Shown: positions 9,902 through 20,037 of the stretch, in pieces
Layout of the letters: every line of letters starts with the position of its first letter
Numbering within the stretch: position 1 is the first letter of the stretch
Origin: Candidatus Poribacteria bacterium
GTDB lineage: Bacteria; Poribacteria; WGA-4E; WGA-3G
Direction of reading: 5' to 3'
NCBI GenBank assembly: GCA_965198235.1
Contig: OZ240248.1
Location: forward strand, 736,001-800,000
DNA: 64,000 nt
Program-made: the position numbers and the translations under genes
Notes under the pieces: model-generated
Told to the model about the DNA's origin: nothing
Seen by the model: the letters and a program-made list of their open reading frames with translations, nothing else
The model's database searches: none

Positions 9902-11638
9902 TTACTCTTCAAAGACCTCAATTGTCGTTCTACCTTCTGCAAACCGCATTGCGGTGGTAGCTGCAGATTTGTTATCCGTGTTCGAACGGATATCTGTGAC
10001 GTAGCGAGCCAATCCGACCAAGAGTTGGGACTGTGCAGGATGCCCTTCTGCGCGCTTCCATTCTTCAAACACGGCGCGTAGTGTCGGAAGCACTTGACTT
10101 CCTGTATCGTCCCAGAGTGCTGTATGTCCGATCTCTTCAATCAATCGTTCACCACAATAGCCAGTATTTAGATAGCCAAGTACTTGTGTTCCTACCTCTT
10201 GGACATTGAGCGTCTCAATCGTATCAATAATGTGTTTGATACCCTCGGCTTGATTCGCAACATCCAGTTTTTCTTGGCTCAGCGGTTGGCTGAGGGGGCG
10301 TGACGGGATATTAATCCAACGATTCGCGAAGATTAACCACGCAACGTGGAAAAGACCTTTCGCAGCGACCCTGTTGCCACCAATCTGTTGGGCACTCCGC
10401 AAAGATGCTGCAACGTTGAGTTCCATTGTTAAATTTCCCCAACCGGCATCCACGTTTACGGGTGTGTGTGCCATCCTATCCGCGGCGAGGAGAACAATCG
10501 TTGTTATGAGTTTATCTAACTTAACCCCGTCAGTCAAGACCGCTTGCACTGCCTCAAACGATCGCTGGAGGTTGACACTTGTGAGTGCCTCGACAAAAGC
10601 ATCTTCGTCAAATTCAACGGTTTGCTCTAAGGCAGCATTTTCAACAGTAGGAAGCATCTGACGCATGAGTTGAATTGCGTCTCTGCGGTAGCGTTCTGGC
10701 TCTTCTGGACGATGTCCAATGAGTTGTGCACCGAGATAGAATACGAGTTCCGAAGCACGTCCCCACCCGAATTCATCGATTACTTCCGAGAGATAACTGA
10801 CATAGAGCGGTATATGAGACAGATCGATGAAATGGGGTTCAACTGCACATTCAAACAGGAGTGGACTCAACTTTTCTGCGTCACCCTTATGATATGCTGT
10901 AAATAAACATCGCTCAATCCGTCCGGATTGCCCTTCATAAGAGAAGTTGCGGACCCACCGACTTATCTTCTCCCACGTGACAGGCTCTGGCAACGGCACA
11001 ACTTCAAGCCGTTCCGATGCGGGGCCTGCGGCGGAGCAAGCTGAAGTCGTAACGGCGATAAGTCTATCGGCACCCGTATATCTACGTCCAACTCTGAGTC
11101 CGTTGATGAGTCGAGAGACATCACCTCCACCTTCTGCGCCGTGGGAACTGGCGATGTGGCGACTGACGTGTTCCAGAACTGTCCCCATTACCTCTTCCTC
11201 TGGTACACCGCCTTTTAGCAGCAGTGAAATCGCCTTGGACATCGTCCATCGGTCTTCGCTTAAAAGTCCTTCTCGGAGCAATTGTTTATGTTCCTCCGCG
11301 CGCCGGTACGTCATATCTCCCGGCTCTATCCAAATCTCGTTCCCGCGGATGTCAACCGGAAAAGTGCGCAAGTCATCGCATTCAACATGGAAACAACCAC
11401 CGCCTTCCAAATCGAAACTGCGACGGTGCCAATCACATGTTAGAATGCCATTGCGAACCGTTCCTCGTGTTAGCGGATAACCCATATGTGGACACTGGTT
11501 ATCCGTCGCGTAAATCCTTCCGTCAACGTTGAAGAGGGCAATACTACGCCCTTCTCCCATCTGAATCGCTTTCGGTTGTCCTTCAGAAACCTCGCTCAAC
11601 TCGGCGACTTTCACCCAGTTTTGTGTTTGATGCCCCAT
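9902..11638 (-). CDS. Rieske [2Fe-2S] domain plus large helical domain protein (paralogue 1)
   Basis: CPHMGYPL...CDWH; colinear with 7952-9700 along its whole length. Confidence 0.85.
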   Translation of the reverse strand: MGHQTQNWVKVAELSEVSEGQPKAIQMGEGRSIALFNVDGRIYATDNQCPHMGYPLTRGTVRNGILTCDWHRRSFDLEGGGCFHVECDDLRTFPVDIRGNEIWIEPGDMTYRRAEEHKQLLREGLLSEDRWTMSKAISLLLKGGVPEEEVMGTVLEHVSRHIASSHGAEGGGDVSRLINGLRVGRRYTGADRLIAVTTSACSAAGPASERLEVVPLPEPVTWEKISRWVRNFSYEGQSGRIERCLFTAYHKGDAEKLSPLLFECAVEPHFIDLSHIPLYVSYLSEVIDEFGWGRASELVFYLGAQLIGHRPEEPERYRRDAIQLMRQMLPTVENAALEQTVEFDEDAFVEALTSVNLQRSFEAVQAVLTDGVKLDKLITTIVLLAADRMAHTPVNVDAGWGNLTMELNVAASLRSAQQIGGNRVAAKGLFHVAWLIFANRWINIPSRPLSQPLSQEKLDVANQAEGIKHIIDTIETLNVQEVGTQVLGYLNTGYCGERLIEEIGHTALWDDTGSQVLPTLRAVFEEWKRAEGHPAQSQLLVGLARYVTDIRSNTDNKSAATTAMRFAEGRTTIEVFEE

Positions 11639-11720
11639 GACTTTACGTTCCTCCTAATTGGGTTTCGCTTGCCATAGCCTTAATAAAACGATGTTTGGCT
11701 TTACTTAATTAATATAAATT

Positions 11721-11750
11721 ATTATATCATAACTATATTAAAGATGTCAA
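11721..11750 (-). promoter_or_regulatory. Sigma70 promoter of the Rieske genes
   Basis: TTGACA-18 nt-TATAAT with extended TG, about 80 nt upstream of the ATG. Confidence 0.65.
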
Positions 11751-12296
11751 TAGGAAATCAGAAACAAGTAGAATAACCCAAGTTGCCACGTTAAAAATTG
11801 TAGGCATTCAAGCACCATTTTGCCTCGAAACGTCCCAGATGTTCTCAGTTCTATACATGTCGCCCCGCTGGGGCTTTGTTCTGGGGAGGCTCGCACGTTC
11901 TACACACATTTCGCCCCGCTGGGGCTTTCAGGCACGCCACTCCCTGAGTTGCTATGCACGCGAGGAACCTCACAAACGCAAGGTTCGATCTAAAACAATT
12001 CAACACACAGAAAATAAACAGTCATCTGTGAAGGTCTATGAGTGCATTAGTGTTATTGATCGTGGAGTGTTGTCCCTTCTACATCTCTGTGGATGCTGCG
12101 TGCGTTGCTTCAAATTCTTGGAATTAACTGTGTACATACCGATCATGCTAAACGCTGTTGTTACGCTACATCACAGGCAATTTATTGAACTTTGACCCCT
12201 AATTTTCACCCTCTTAAAAAGCGTACTTTTGGGAGGCACTTTTCATTGATATACACGCTAAAAAATGGACAAGTGTTACAAAATATTCTGACGAAA

Positions 12297-13574
12297 TTAA
12301 ATATTTTTCTGTGCCTGATTTGCATATTCCGTGAGGAAATTTTTAACAGATTTTTTCTTCGCTTTTTGCGCGTAGTCGAGTGGCGTTTTGCCGTCCGCAT
12401 CGCGAATGTTAATGTCGCCGCCGTGTTCTATGAGCAACTGCATTTGGTTTTTTCCGACCCCTTTTTGCGCGATGATATGCATCGGGGTACCTCCCTTGTC
12501 ATCTTTTACATTAGGGTCAGCACCGTTTGCCAATAAACAGGCGATGCCCTCCGTTAAACCGCGTTGTGCAAGCCAATGTAGAGGTGTCCACATACCATGT
12601 CTATGTTTCTGAAGCGTGTTGATATCCCAACCTTTGGCAAGAAACCCTTTCACCAATGTATCAAACCGCTTCGGTCCCTGCCCAACAAGCACATACCAAT
12701 CTCGAAAGTTGATTTCATACCCTGCGTCAATCAGAAGATCCACTATTGCGCCCTGCTTGTAATTAAGAGCCATCTCAAGCAGAGGGATGGTAGGGCCGAC
12801 CTGATAGGCATAGACATGTCCACCGGGGACTTCATCCGTTTGTTTGCCGTCAAGATCCGGCGATTTCAACGTCGGTATAACGTAGCCTTTAGGGGATTTC
12901 ATATTAATCCGGAGATTGAGGAGTTCTGGATTTTTTCGGAATTCTGCCTTTGCCCGTTCAACATCGCCTATCGCACAATAGAGGACGATATCCGCTTCGG
13001 CACCTTGTTCAAGGAGATAGCGACACACCTCAGGCCGTCTTCTCATCGTCCATTGTGCTGGAGTTCCGTAATGGTCGCGATCGCGTAGATTTATGTTTGC
13101 ACCGTGTGCAAGCAGTAGTTCAGCAATTCGAGGGGTCGCAGCAAAGTGGAGAGGGGACATGCCATCGGTAGCCGGTGCGTTGACGACCTCAGGGTTTTCG
13201 CGGATCAGCTCGGCGAGCGTCTCGTCCATATCCAAGCCTGCGGCGGCGTGCGCATCAACGGTCGCGCCTTGTTCAATCAGATATTCGGCGAGTTCTCTAT
13301 TGTAGTTCAGCATGGAACCGGCAGCGTGCTGTAACGCCGAAGTACCGCCTGCCCACCAACTGCTCTTGACATCGATGTTCGCTCCAGCATCAAGCAGCAC
13401 TTTGATGAGTTCGCGATTGCCCGAGGCGGCGGCAAATACGATTGCGGGGGCATCGAAACTAAACCACGGCGCGTCAATTTGTGAAGCGAGTGTCTTATTA
13501 GTTGCCAATAGATTTTTGACTGTTTCTATGTCGCCATCCTGTACGGCTATGATAAATGGTTGTTTATTTTTCAT
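12297..13574 (-). CDS. Ankyrin-repeat protein
   Basis: Repeated TPLH/SPLHFAA..LL..GA.IN motifs. Confidence 0.9.
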   Translation of the reverse strand: MKNKQPFIIAVQDGDIETVKNLLATNKTLASQIDAPWFSFDAPAIVFAAASGNRELIKVLLDAGANIDVKSSWWAGGTSALQHAAGSMLNYNRELAEYLIEQGATVDAHAAAGLDMDETLAELIRENPEVVNAPATDGMSPLHFAATPRIAELLLAHGANINLRDRDHYGTPAQWTMRRRPEVCRYLLEQGAEADIVLYCAIGDVERAKAEFRKNPELLNLRINMKSPKGYVIPTLKSPDLDGKQTDEVPGGHVYAYQVGPTIPLLEMALNYKQGAIVDLLIDAGYEINFRDWYVLVGQGPKRFDTLVKGFLAKGWDINTLQKHRHGMWTPLHWLAQRGLTEGIACLLANGADPNVKDDKGGTPMHIIAQKGVGKNQMQLLIEHGGDINIRDADGKTPLDYAQKAKKKSVKNFLTEYANQAQKNI

Positions 13575-13620
13575 GCGTATTTCCCTTTTCTATACGTGTT
13601 TTGCTTAATATGATTTAACT

Positions 13621-13650
13621 ATCATATCATATCAAGTTATTAAGTGTCAA
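13621..13650 (-). promoter_or_regulatory. Sigma70 promoter of the ankyrin gene
   Basis: TTGACA-18 nt-TATGAT with extended TG. Confidence 0.55.
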
Positions 13651-13781
13651 GTAAAAAATTAAAACCTTTATGGCAAAGGACGCAATTGTCGGTACTAATG
13701 TTACTGGCGAGGTTAGGAAACCTCGCCAGTGGTGAAGTGGGGTCAAGTCCTACTTCGTTTATATGCTCTTTAGGTTTTACT

Positions 13782-15020
13782 TCAATCCACGGTGAACTGG
13801 ATTGTGTCAAAACGGCGCGCTACTTCCGCGACTTTCGGTTTGAGTTCTTCAGGACTACCACCAGTAAGTGCTGAGACAATACATTCGGCGATGTCTGGCG
13901 CATCCGTTGGGGTCATCCCCCACCGAGTGACCTCTTGAACGCCCATACGCAATCCAGATGTGCCGACTTCCGGCGACAATCCCGCCGCGCCTGCAATAAT
14001 ATGGCACGCTTCCAGATGCGTCGCGAGTGCCCCACCTTCCCCGTACTTATCTACAATCAGTATCAAGGTATGCGACTCCGTGAAGTCGAGTTCGACACCG
14101 AGCATCGGAACACCGCGTTCGGCTAATGCTTGTCCGAGTGCCTTCGCATTCGTAACAATCGCATCTGCTTGCGCCGCACCGCATTCCATCCACTCTATAA
14201 ATGTCCCTGCCAACGCCGGGAGTCGATTCAGGTGGTGATTGCTCATCAGCAAGGGATAGACTCCCCTTGCAACCCGTTCAGCAATGGATTCATCGTTCGT
14301 TAATACCATTCCTCCCTGCGGTCCCGCGAGTGTTTTATGCGTGCTGGAAATGATGACATCCGCGCCTTCATCGAACGGCGATTGAAATCGTCCACCCGCG
14401 ATGAGCCCAATGACGTGTGAGGCATCGTAGATGAGGTAGGAATCTGGATTCGCTTGGCGCATCGCATTTTTCAACTCCCGTACAGGTTGAGGGAAGAGAA
14501 ACACACCGGAGCCGATGTTGACGATTTCCGGTTTGTGTTCCGCAATCAGCGCGAGGGTTGCATTGAGATCAATGTTTGAACGCCGTCCGTCCCACGGAAT
14601 CGGAATTGATTGTAGTTCTATTTTGAGCGGTGAGGAGAATAGTTTTTGGGCATAGTGGTGTCCGTTATGAACCTCTAATGCCGTATCGCCTGGCTCTGCT
14701 AACGCGAACGTCGTCGCAATCCCTGCGATGTTCCCTGATAATGGTCGGAAATCGACATGCGCGGCACCGAATAACTCCTTTGCTAACGCCTGCGTGTACC
14801 CCTCTATTTCGGCGATGTAGCGGTTGCCTTTGTAATTCCGTTGGTAAATGTCAATGCCAGAATAATTCCCATACCGCCGCGCCAACCGTTCGTCGAAAAG
14901 TTCTTCTACTAATGGCGAAGGTGTGTTCTCCGAAGCGATCAAATTGAGACAGGTATCCCGATATGTGTCATGTTTATCAAGAAGTGAAGTGAGTTTTTGG
15001 ACTTTTGCGTTATGTGTCAT
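13782..15020 (-). CDS. Divergent serine hydroxymethyltransferase-fold PLP enzyme (archaeal SHMT / L-threonine transaldolase-like)
   Basis: LNLIASEN, YDASH, SSTHKTLAGPQGG (PLP lysine) and SGLRMG are present; the YAEG and GGHLTHG motifs are absent. Confidence 0.8.
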   Translation of the reverse strand: MTHNAKVQKLTSLLDKHDTYRDTCLNLIASENTPSPLVEELFDERLARRYGNYSGIDIYQRNYKGNRYIAEIEGYTQALAKELFGAAHVDFRPLSGNIAGIATTFALAEPGDTALEVHNGHHYAQKLFSSPLKIELQSIPIPWDGRRSNIDLNATLALIAEHKPEIVNIGSGVFLFPQPVRELKNAMRQANPDSYLIYDASHVIGLIAGGRFQSPFDEGADVIISSTHKTLAGPQGGMVLTNDESIAERVARGVYPLLMSNHHLNRLPALAGTFIEWMECGAAQADAIVTNAKALGQALAERGVPMLGVELDFTESHTLILIVDKYGEGGALATHLEACHIIAGAAGLSPEVGTSGLRMGVQEVTRWGMTPTDAPDIAECIVSALTGGSPEELKPKVAEVARRFDTIQFTVD

Positions 15021-15066
15021 TGAAAGAACCTCCATTTGGTTGCAGTGCAAGGGACAGAGAAATTGC

Positions 15067-15095
15067 TTGACGTGCCGTAAGAAATCGGTTACTAT
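15067..15095 (+). promoter_or_regulatory. Sigma70 promoter of the enolase-superfamily gene
   Basis: TTGACG-17 nt-TACTAT. Confidence 0.5.
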
Positions 15096-15098
15096 GAT

Positions 15099-15333
15099 TT
15101 TTTAACTTTACCTTGCGGAGTGGTCAGTCGGACTTCAAGATTGACGCGCCTTTCCGTTGATCCACCTGCGCCGTTGTTGCAGGCTCCCGTCTTGGTGATA
15201 GAATCAAAGATAATACAAAACCCGTAGCCCGTAATGGAATGGAGGGGTTTTTGCTTGGGTGTTTCTTCAGATTTAAGGAATGCACGTCCACGATTCAAAT
15301 TCACGTCGTTTCTCCGCAAGGAATAATTAAAAA
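15099..15333. mobile_element. MITE-like element with ~22-bp terminal inverted repeats (family A)
   Basis: Left end TTTTTAACTTTACCTTGCGGAG, right end CTCCGCAAGGAATAATTAAAAA. Related ends lie at ~17067 and ~38834. The internal motif TTTTTGCTTGGG recurs at ~27385, ~38870 and ~53135, with a variant at ~63705. Confidence 0.65.
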
Positions 15334-15342
15334 GAGGAAATT

Positions 15343-16734
15343 ATGCCAAAACCGACAGATATCCGCATCCTTGACGTTCATTACGATTTTGAAGAACACC
15401 AATACCGCACTCCGCTCAAGTTCGGTGGCGTACCGACGGATCACTGCGTTCTCTTTAACGTCCGGGTGCAGGTCCAGACGCGCGATGGCAAAGAGGCAGA
15501 AGGAAAAGGCTCCATGCCGCTCGGTAACGTCTGGGCGTTTCCGCCGCGTTACGCGCCTCTTGACCAGAGTCTCGCCGCGATGAAAAAACTCGCCGAATTG
15601 GCGGTAGCGGCAACACGGGATTGTACACTCTGTGCGCACCCGCTTGAACTTTCTGAAGTGCTTGAGCCAGAATTTTTAAAAATCGCCGATGATTTGTCCC
15701 ATAATATGCAACTCGCGTCGCCGATGCCGAAACTCTGCACCGTCGTTACAACAAGTCCGATTGATGGGGCAATCCACGACGCGTTCGGCAAAGCGAACGG
15801 GATCAATAGTTACGACGGATTGAGCGAAGACTTCATTGAGGCAGATCTGTCGCACTTTTTGGTGCCGCTTGCAAACCAAAACTTGCTTGACAAAAGCTTG
15901 AATGAACGGTTTACCGGAAAATACCTTGATCAATATACCGCGCGCCAACCAAAGCCTAATATGCCGCTCTATCATCTCGTCGGCGCACTGGATCCACTCA
16001 CCGACGCGGATATCGCAGAACGCCTCAATGACAGTCTCCCGGAAACGCTCCCCGAATGGATTGTTGCCGATGGGCTGACGCATCTGAAAATTAAACTGAA
16101 CGGCGACGACTTGGCGTGGGATGTCGCGCGCGTCATCGCAATTGACAAAATCACCGCCGAAACACAAGCGAAACGCGGTATTGACACGTGGCACTACTCG
16201 GCTGATTTCAATGAAACCTGTCAAGACGTAGAATACCTGTTAGCGTTTCTCAGCCAGATTCAAGAGGCGGAGAGTAATGCCTTCCAACGCCTTGCCTACA
16301 TTGAACAACCGACGGATCGGGATCTGAAATCGCATCCGGAAAATAAGATGCACAAAGCCGCCGAGATAAAACCCGTGGTAATCGACGAATCGCTAACCGA
16401 TTTTGAGACCTTTTTGTTGGCACGCGAGCAAGGGTATTCCGGTGTTGCACTCAAGGCGTGTAAAGGACAGTCTCAGGCGTTGCTGATGGGTGCCGCCGCC
16501 GCAGGATACGGTATGTTCCTCGCTGTGCAAGATCTGACGTGTCCGGGTGCATCGTTTTTGCACTCCGCCGGACTTGCCGCACGAATTCCCGGTGTAACGG
16601 CTATTGAAGGCAACGCCCGCCAATTTTGCCCGAGTGCCAATGACGGTTGGCGGGACGCATTCCCCTCAATTTTCAACATCACCGATGGTACTGTCGGAAC
16701 GCAAGTCCTTACTGCACTCGGGCTTGGACATTAG
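15343..16734 (+). CDS. Mandelate racemase/muconate lactonising (enolase superfamily) protein
   Basis: HLKIKL, DFNE, IEQP and IDES metal-binding motifs. Confidence 0.85.
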   Translation: MPKPTDIRILDVHYDFEEHQYRTPLKFGGVPTDHCVLFNVRVQVQTRDGKEAEGKGSMPLGNVWAFPPRYAPLDQSLAAMKKLAELAVAATRDCTLCAHPLELSEVLEPEFLKIADDLSHNMQLASPMPKLCTVVTTSPIDGAIHDAFGKANGINSYDGLSEDFIEADLSHFLVPLANQNLLDKSLNERFTGKYLDQYTARQPKPNMPLYHLVGALDPLTDADIAERLNDSLPETLPEWIVADGLTHLKIKLNGDDLAWDVARVIAIDKITAETQAKRGIDTWHYSADFNETCQDVEYLLAFLSQIQEAESNAFQRLAYIEQPTDRDLKSHPENKMHKAAEIKPVVIDESLTDFETFLLAREQGYSGVALKACKGQSQALLMGAAAAGYGMFLAVQDLTCPGASFLHSAGLAARIPGVTAIEGNARQFCPSANDGWRDAFPSIFNITDGTVGTQVLTALGLGH

Positions 16735-17065
16735 CATCCGTTGTTTCCGTTTCCTGATCCGCAACAGTAATGTTGGTAACAACATTCCGTTGCTCAGGGA
16801 GTCGGACAGGAAAATCTTCAATTACGTCGTTAATCAGTTTTTTAACCATTGCTTTGACTGGGTCAAAGGGTATGCATTCAAGAATGATAATGGCGCGATG
16901 TTTTGAAGGCGCGATGTCATACGTCAGACCATACTGGAGTCCGAGATGCATCAGTTCCGGCTCAACGCTGATAGAGATCTGTCGGCGTTCCTGCTCGGTG
17001 GCGAAGAAACTATCAAGGATGAAGTGCGTGTGAATCCACGCTTCTCTTTCTTCAACGATTTTCAT
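16709..17065 (-). CDS. Hypothetical protein (118 aa)
   Basis: The globular-looking part begins at ATG 17065; the upstream part of the listed ORF is repeat-derived. Confidence 0.55.
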   Translation of the reverse strand: MKIVEEREAWIHTHFILDSFFATEQERRQISISVEPELMHLGLQYGLTYDIAPSKHRAIIILECIPFDPVKAMVKKLINDVIEDFPVRLPEQRNVVTNITVADQETETTDANVQARVQ

Positions 17066-17295
17066 ATTTTTAATTTTACCCTGCGGTTCGGTCAGGTGGG
17101 TTAGGAGTTTCACGTTCCTTTCCGTATATCTGAAGAAACACCGGATTTGGTCTGGGAATAGACCAAATCCATTCCTTGTATTACATTGCAAAAACCCCTC
17201 CACTACGTTACGGGCTACGCACCTTGGATCTTGAGAAAAATAGCCATCTCTTAATTCTACCTTATCGTCCATTGTAGTATTAACGGCGAAAAGTG

Positions 17296-18969
17296 TCAAT
17301 CCTGCGAAAATGTGACAGTTTGACGGATTGGCACTTGACTTAATTGCTGAACGTTCCCGTTGTGCCAACGAATCTGTAGGCTATCTATACGTGAGGCATC
17401 GCCTAACCCAAAGGAGAGACGAAGATCATTGCCCGACAAGTAGCTTGCACCGCAGATAACTTCTCGTAAGAGTGTCATTCCGTTCGCTTTCAGTTGAACT
17501 TGTGCCCCGATTGCATCCGTATTGCCGTTTGTACCTACCAATTTCACCGTTAGCCACACGTTTGCCCTGCCGACTTCATTGCTAAGAATGACCGCTGGAC
17601 GGTTCGATTGACAAAGCACGACATCCACATCGCCATCGGTATCTATATCCCCAAAGAGCATCCCGCGGACGACGTAAGGCGTTTTATCCAGCCCTGATTC
17701 AACGGTAATTTCGGTGAAGCCAGTGTGGTTTTGTTGGGTGCCGCCTTGATTGCGAAACAGTTGCACGGGCTGCGCGTAACTCTGTTTCGCGTCAATCTGT
17801 TTCACATTGTCCCAAATGTGTCCATTCCCAACGAGCACATCTAACCAACCGTCGTTATCAAAGTCGATGAAACGGGTGCCGAAACCGAGCGCGTAGAAAG
17901 AAGGATCGGCGAGGTTTGTGTCAAACGTCATATCTTCAAAGTAGCCGTCGCCATCGTTCTGCATGAGGCAGTTCGCCTCCAATGCAAAATTGGATACCCA
18001 GAGATCGATATCACCGTCGTTGTCATAGTCGCCAGCATCTATGCCCATTGAACCGTTCGCTATGCCATCGCCGTTATAGGCAACGCCGCGAAGCACGCCC
18101 TCCTCTCGAAAACTCCCATCACCCTGATTAATGAAAAGTGTATTCGGAGTCATATCGTTCGCGACGTAGATGTCCACCCAACTGTCGTTGTTTACGTCCG
18201 TGAAGACGACACCGAGACCACGCGTGGTCGGTTCGTAGACACCCGCGGCTTTCGTTATGTCTGTGAACGTGCCGTCTCCGTTGTTTTGGTAAAGCACATC
18301 GGCGATGCCGTGATATTCGTTCGGACCGCAGTAGATGCGCAGGGCGTTTTTGTAATAGCACGGAATATCGGTCTCTAAGGCATATTCGACGTAGTTGCAC
18401 ACGTAGAGATCCAAGTCGCCGTCCCGGTCAATATCAGCGAATGCGGCACTCGTGCTCAACAGGGGACAGTCTACCTGCGCGTGTTCGGTTACATCGGTAA
18501 ACGTGCCGTTACCGTTGTTTCGGTAGAGGACATTTCTTCCCAAGTTTGTCACGTACAGGTCGCGATACCCGTCAGAATCATAATCCGCGGCAATAGCACC
18601 GAGGCCATAGCCGGTATCACCGACGTTTGCGGATGCTGTGATGTCAACGAAAACACCAGCATCGTTTCGATAGAGGCGGTTCGTGGGGACTGATTCTGTT
18701 GATGACGAGAGCGAATTGCCTTGAACGAGATAGAGATCCAAGTCCCCGTCGTTGTCGAAATCAAAGAGCGCGCCGCCGCTACCCATGGTTTCAACGAGCC
18801 GGCGTTCCGCAGAAAATCCGTTGAGGTGCCGAAAGTCGAGTTTCATCGCATCGGTCACATCCCGAAAATAGGGGGCGGCACTTCCGAGTGGTGGATGCAT
18901 GAGAAGAAAGACCTGCAGTATGAGGGACAGAAAACGAGACTGGTAGTGTTTCCGTTGGAACATAGTCAT
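17296..18969 (-). CDS. CRTAC1/ASPIC-UnbV FG-GAP repeat protein
   Basis: Many DFDNDGDLDLY motifs; C-terminal DAIGA...SYLSGND..LSFGLG. Confidence 0.9.
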   Translation of the reverse strand: MTMFQRKHYQSRFLSLILQVFLLMHPPLGSAAPYFRDVTDAMKLDFRHLNGFSAERRLVETMGSGGALFDFDNDGDLDLYLVQGNSLSSSTESVPTNRLYRNDAGVFVDITASANVGDTGYGLGAIAADYDSDGYRDLYVTNLGRNVLYRNNGNGTFTDVTEHAQVDCPLLSTSAAFADIDRDGDLDLYVCNYVEYALETDIPCYYKNALRIYCGPNEYHGIADVLYQNNGDGTFTDITKAAGVYEPTTRGLGVVFTDVNNDSWVDIYVANDMTPNTLFINQGDGSFREEGVLRGVAYNGDGIANGSMGIDAGDYDNDGDIDLWVSNFALEANCLMQNDGDGYFEDMTFDTNLADPSFYALGFGTRFIDFDNDGWLDVLVGNGHIWDNVKQIDAKQSYAQPVQLFRNQGGTQQNHTGFTEITVESGLDKTPYVVRGMLFGDIDTDGDVDVVLCQSNRPAVILSNEVGRANVWLTVKLVGTNGNTDAIGAQVQLKANGMTLLREVICGASYLSGNDLRLSFGLGDASRIDSLQIRWHNGNVQQLSQVPIRQTVTFSQD

Positions 18970-18976
18970 AGGAAGG

Positions 18977-19861
18977 CTATTCTTTTATTTTTGGGCGCGG
19001 ACGGACGACCCGAAATCCGATCGTATGTGTTGAATCCAATGGATAAAATTTGAACCGTAGACTTGAACGGAGGAACGCTCTCCCCACGTCCCACGCGCCG
19101 CCTCGGATAACCCTTGCCCGCAGGACATCTCGGAATCGGAGATTGAGCGGATTTTGGGAAACTCCACCGTTGTGTTGTTGATAAAAAGTTGGACTGTATT
19201 CATCAAGGCACCATTCCCACACATTTCCGGCAAGGTCTGCGATACCATTCGGAGATTCACCTTTCGGGAAGTGACCCACGGGCATCGGACGATTATAGCG
19301 GCGTGCGAAGTTGGCATGTTGACGCGCTTTTGGTGGTGTGTTTCCCCACGGATACGTTCGTCCCTCTGCCCCACGCGCCGCCCGTTCCCATTGTGCTTCG
19401 GTCGGTAGGCTTCCGCCGATCCATTCTGCAAACGCTTGCGCATCAAACCATGTCACACCGACAACGGGTTGCGTGTCGCCGTCGAGCACTTCATCTGCCC
19501 ACGTCTCCTCGCCGTTGTGTCCGCGCGGTGTGGGACGGTTCGTCGCTTCAATGAAGGTACGGTATTGGGCATTGGTGATTTCATACCGCGATATTTCGTA
19601 AGTGCTTAGGTAGACTTGGTGTTGTGGTAGTTCAGCATCGAAGGTGTGCTGCTCCAGCATGGAACTCCGCAATTTCGCGTCCTCGTAGGCGGCTTTTGTC
19701 TCTTGGGGGATTGAGCCCATCAGAAAGGTGCCTTCGGGAATCGAAACCCATTCTATAGTGGCAAGGACCCGCTGGACGGCACTGCTAACTTCGGAAACAG
19801 CGAAATTGTTGCGGAGAATAAGGATGAGTACGACAATTATAAAACAGGAGCGTTTCATCAA
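18977..19861 (-). CDS. FGE-sulfatase (SUMF1/EgtB/PvdO) domain protein
   Basis: EITNAQY, LPTEAQWE, DLAGNVWEW, RGGAW and GFRVV; the FGE catalytic cysteines are absent. Confidence 0.9.
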   Translation of the reverse strand: MMKRSCFIIVVLILILRNNFAVSEVSSAVQRVLATIEWVSIPEGTFLMGSIPQETKAAYEDAKLRSSMLEQHTFDAELPQHQVYLSTYEISRYEITNAQYRTFIEATNRPTPRGHNGEETWADEVLDGDTQPVVGVTWFDAQAFAEWIGGSLPTEAQWERAARGAEGRTYPWGNTPPKARQHANFARRYNRPMPVGHFPKGESPNGIADLAGNVWEWCLDEYSPTFYQQHNGGVSQNPLNLRFRDVLRARVIRGGAWDVGRAFLRSSLRFKFYPLDSTHTIGFRVVRPRPKIKE

Positions 19862-19887
19862 AATCCTCGGCGTGGAAACCTTTTATT

Positions 19888-19980
19888 ACCAGTTGTTATC
19901 AGCTGTCGGCTTTCTGAAAGAGAATCTTTTTCCTGACCGCTGACAACCGAAAGTGAGCGTAGCGAACGCCCTGACAGCCA
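19888..19980. repeat. Heptamer-armed palindromic intergenic repeat (family B)
   Basis: GTTATCA/GCTGTCG arms with inverse CTGACCG/CTGACAA arms; relatives at 21070-21190, 24455-24655 and 31712-31760. Confidence 0.55.
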
Positions 19981-20037
19981 TAAAGGCACATGAAGAGTCG
20001 GGGTTACAAACTCCTCCCACAAGCGTGCCTACTACTT

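Noticed and set aside
11839-12195. 118 aa ORF containing repeated SPRWGF
   Set aside because: It is the translation of a twice-repeated CGCCCCGCTGGGGCTTT palindromic element.
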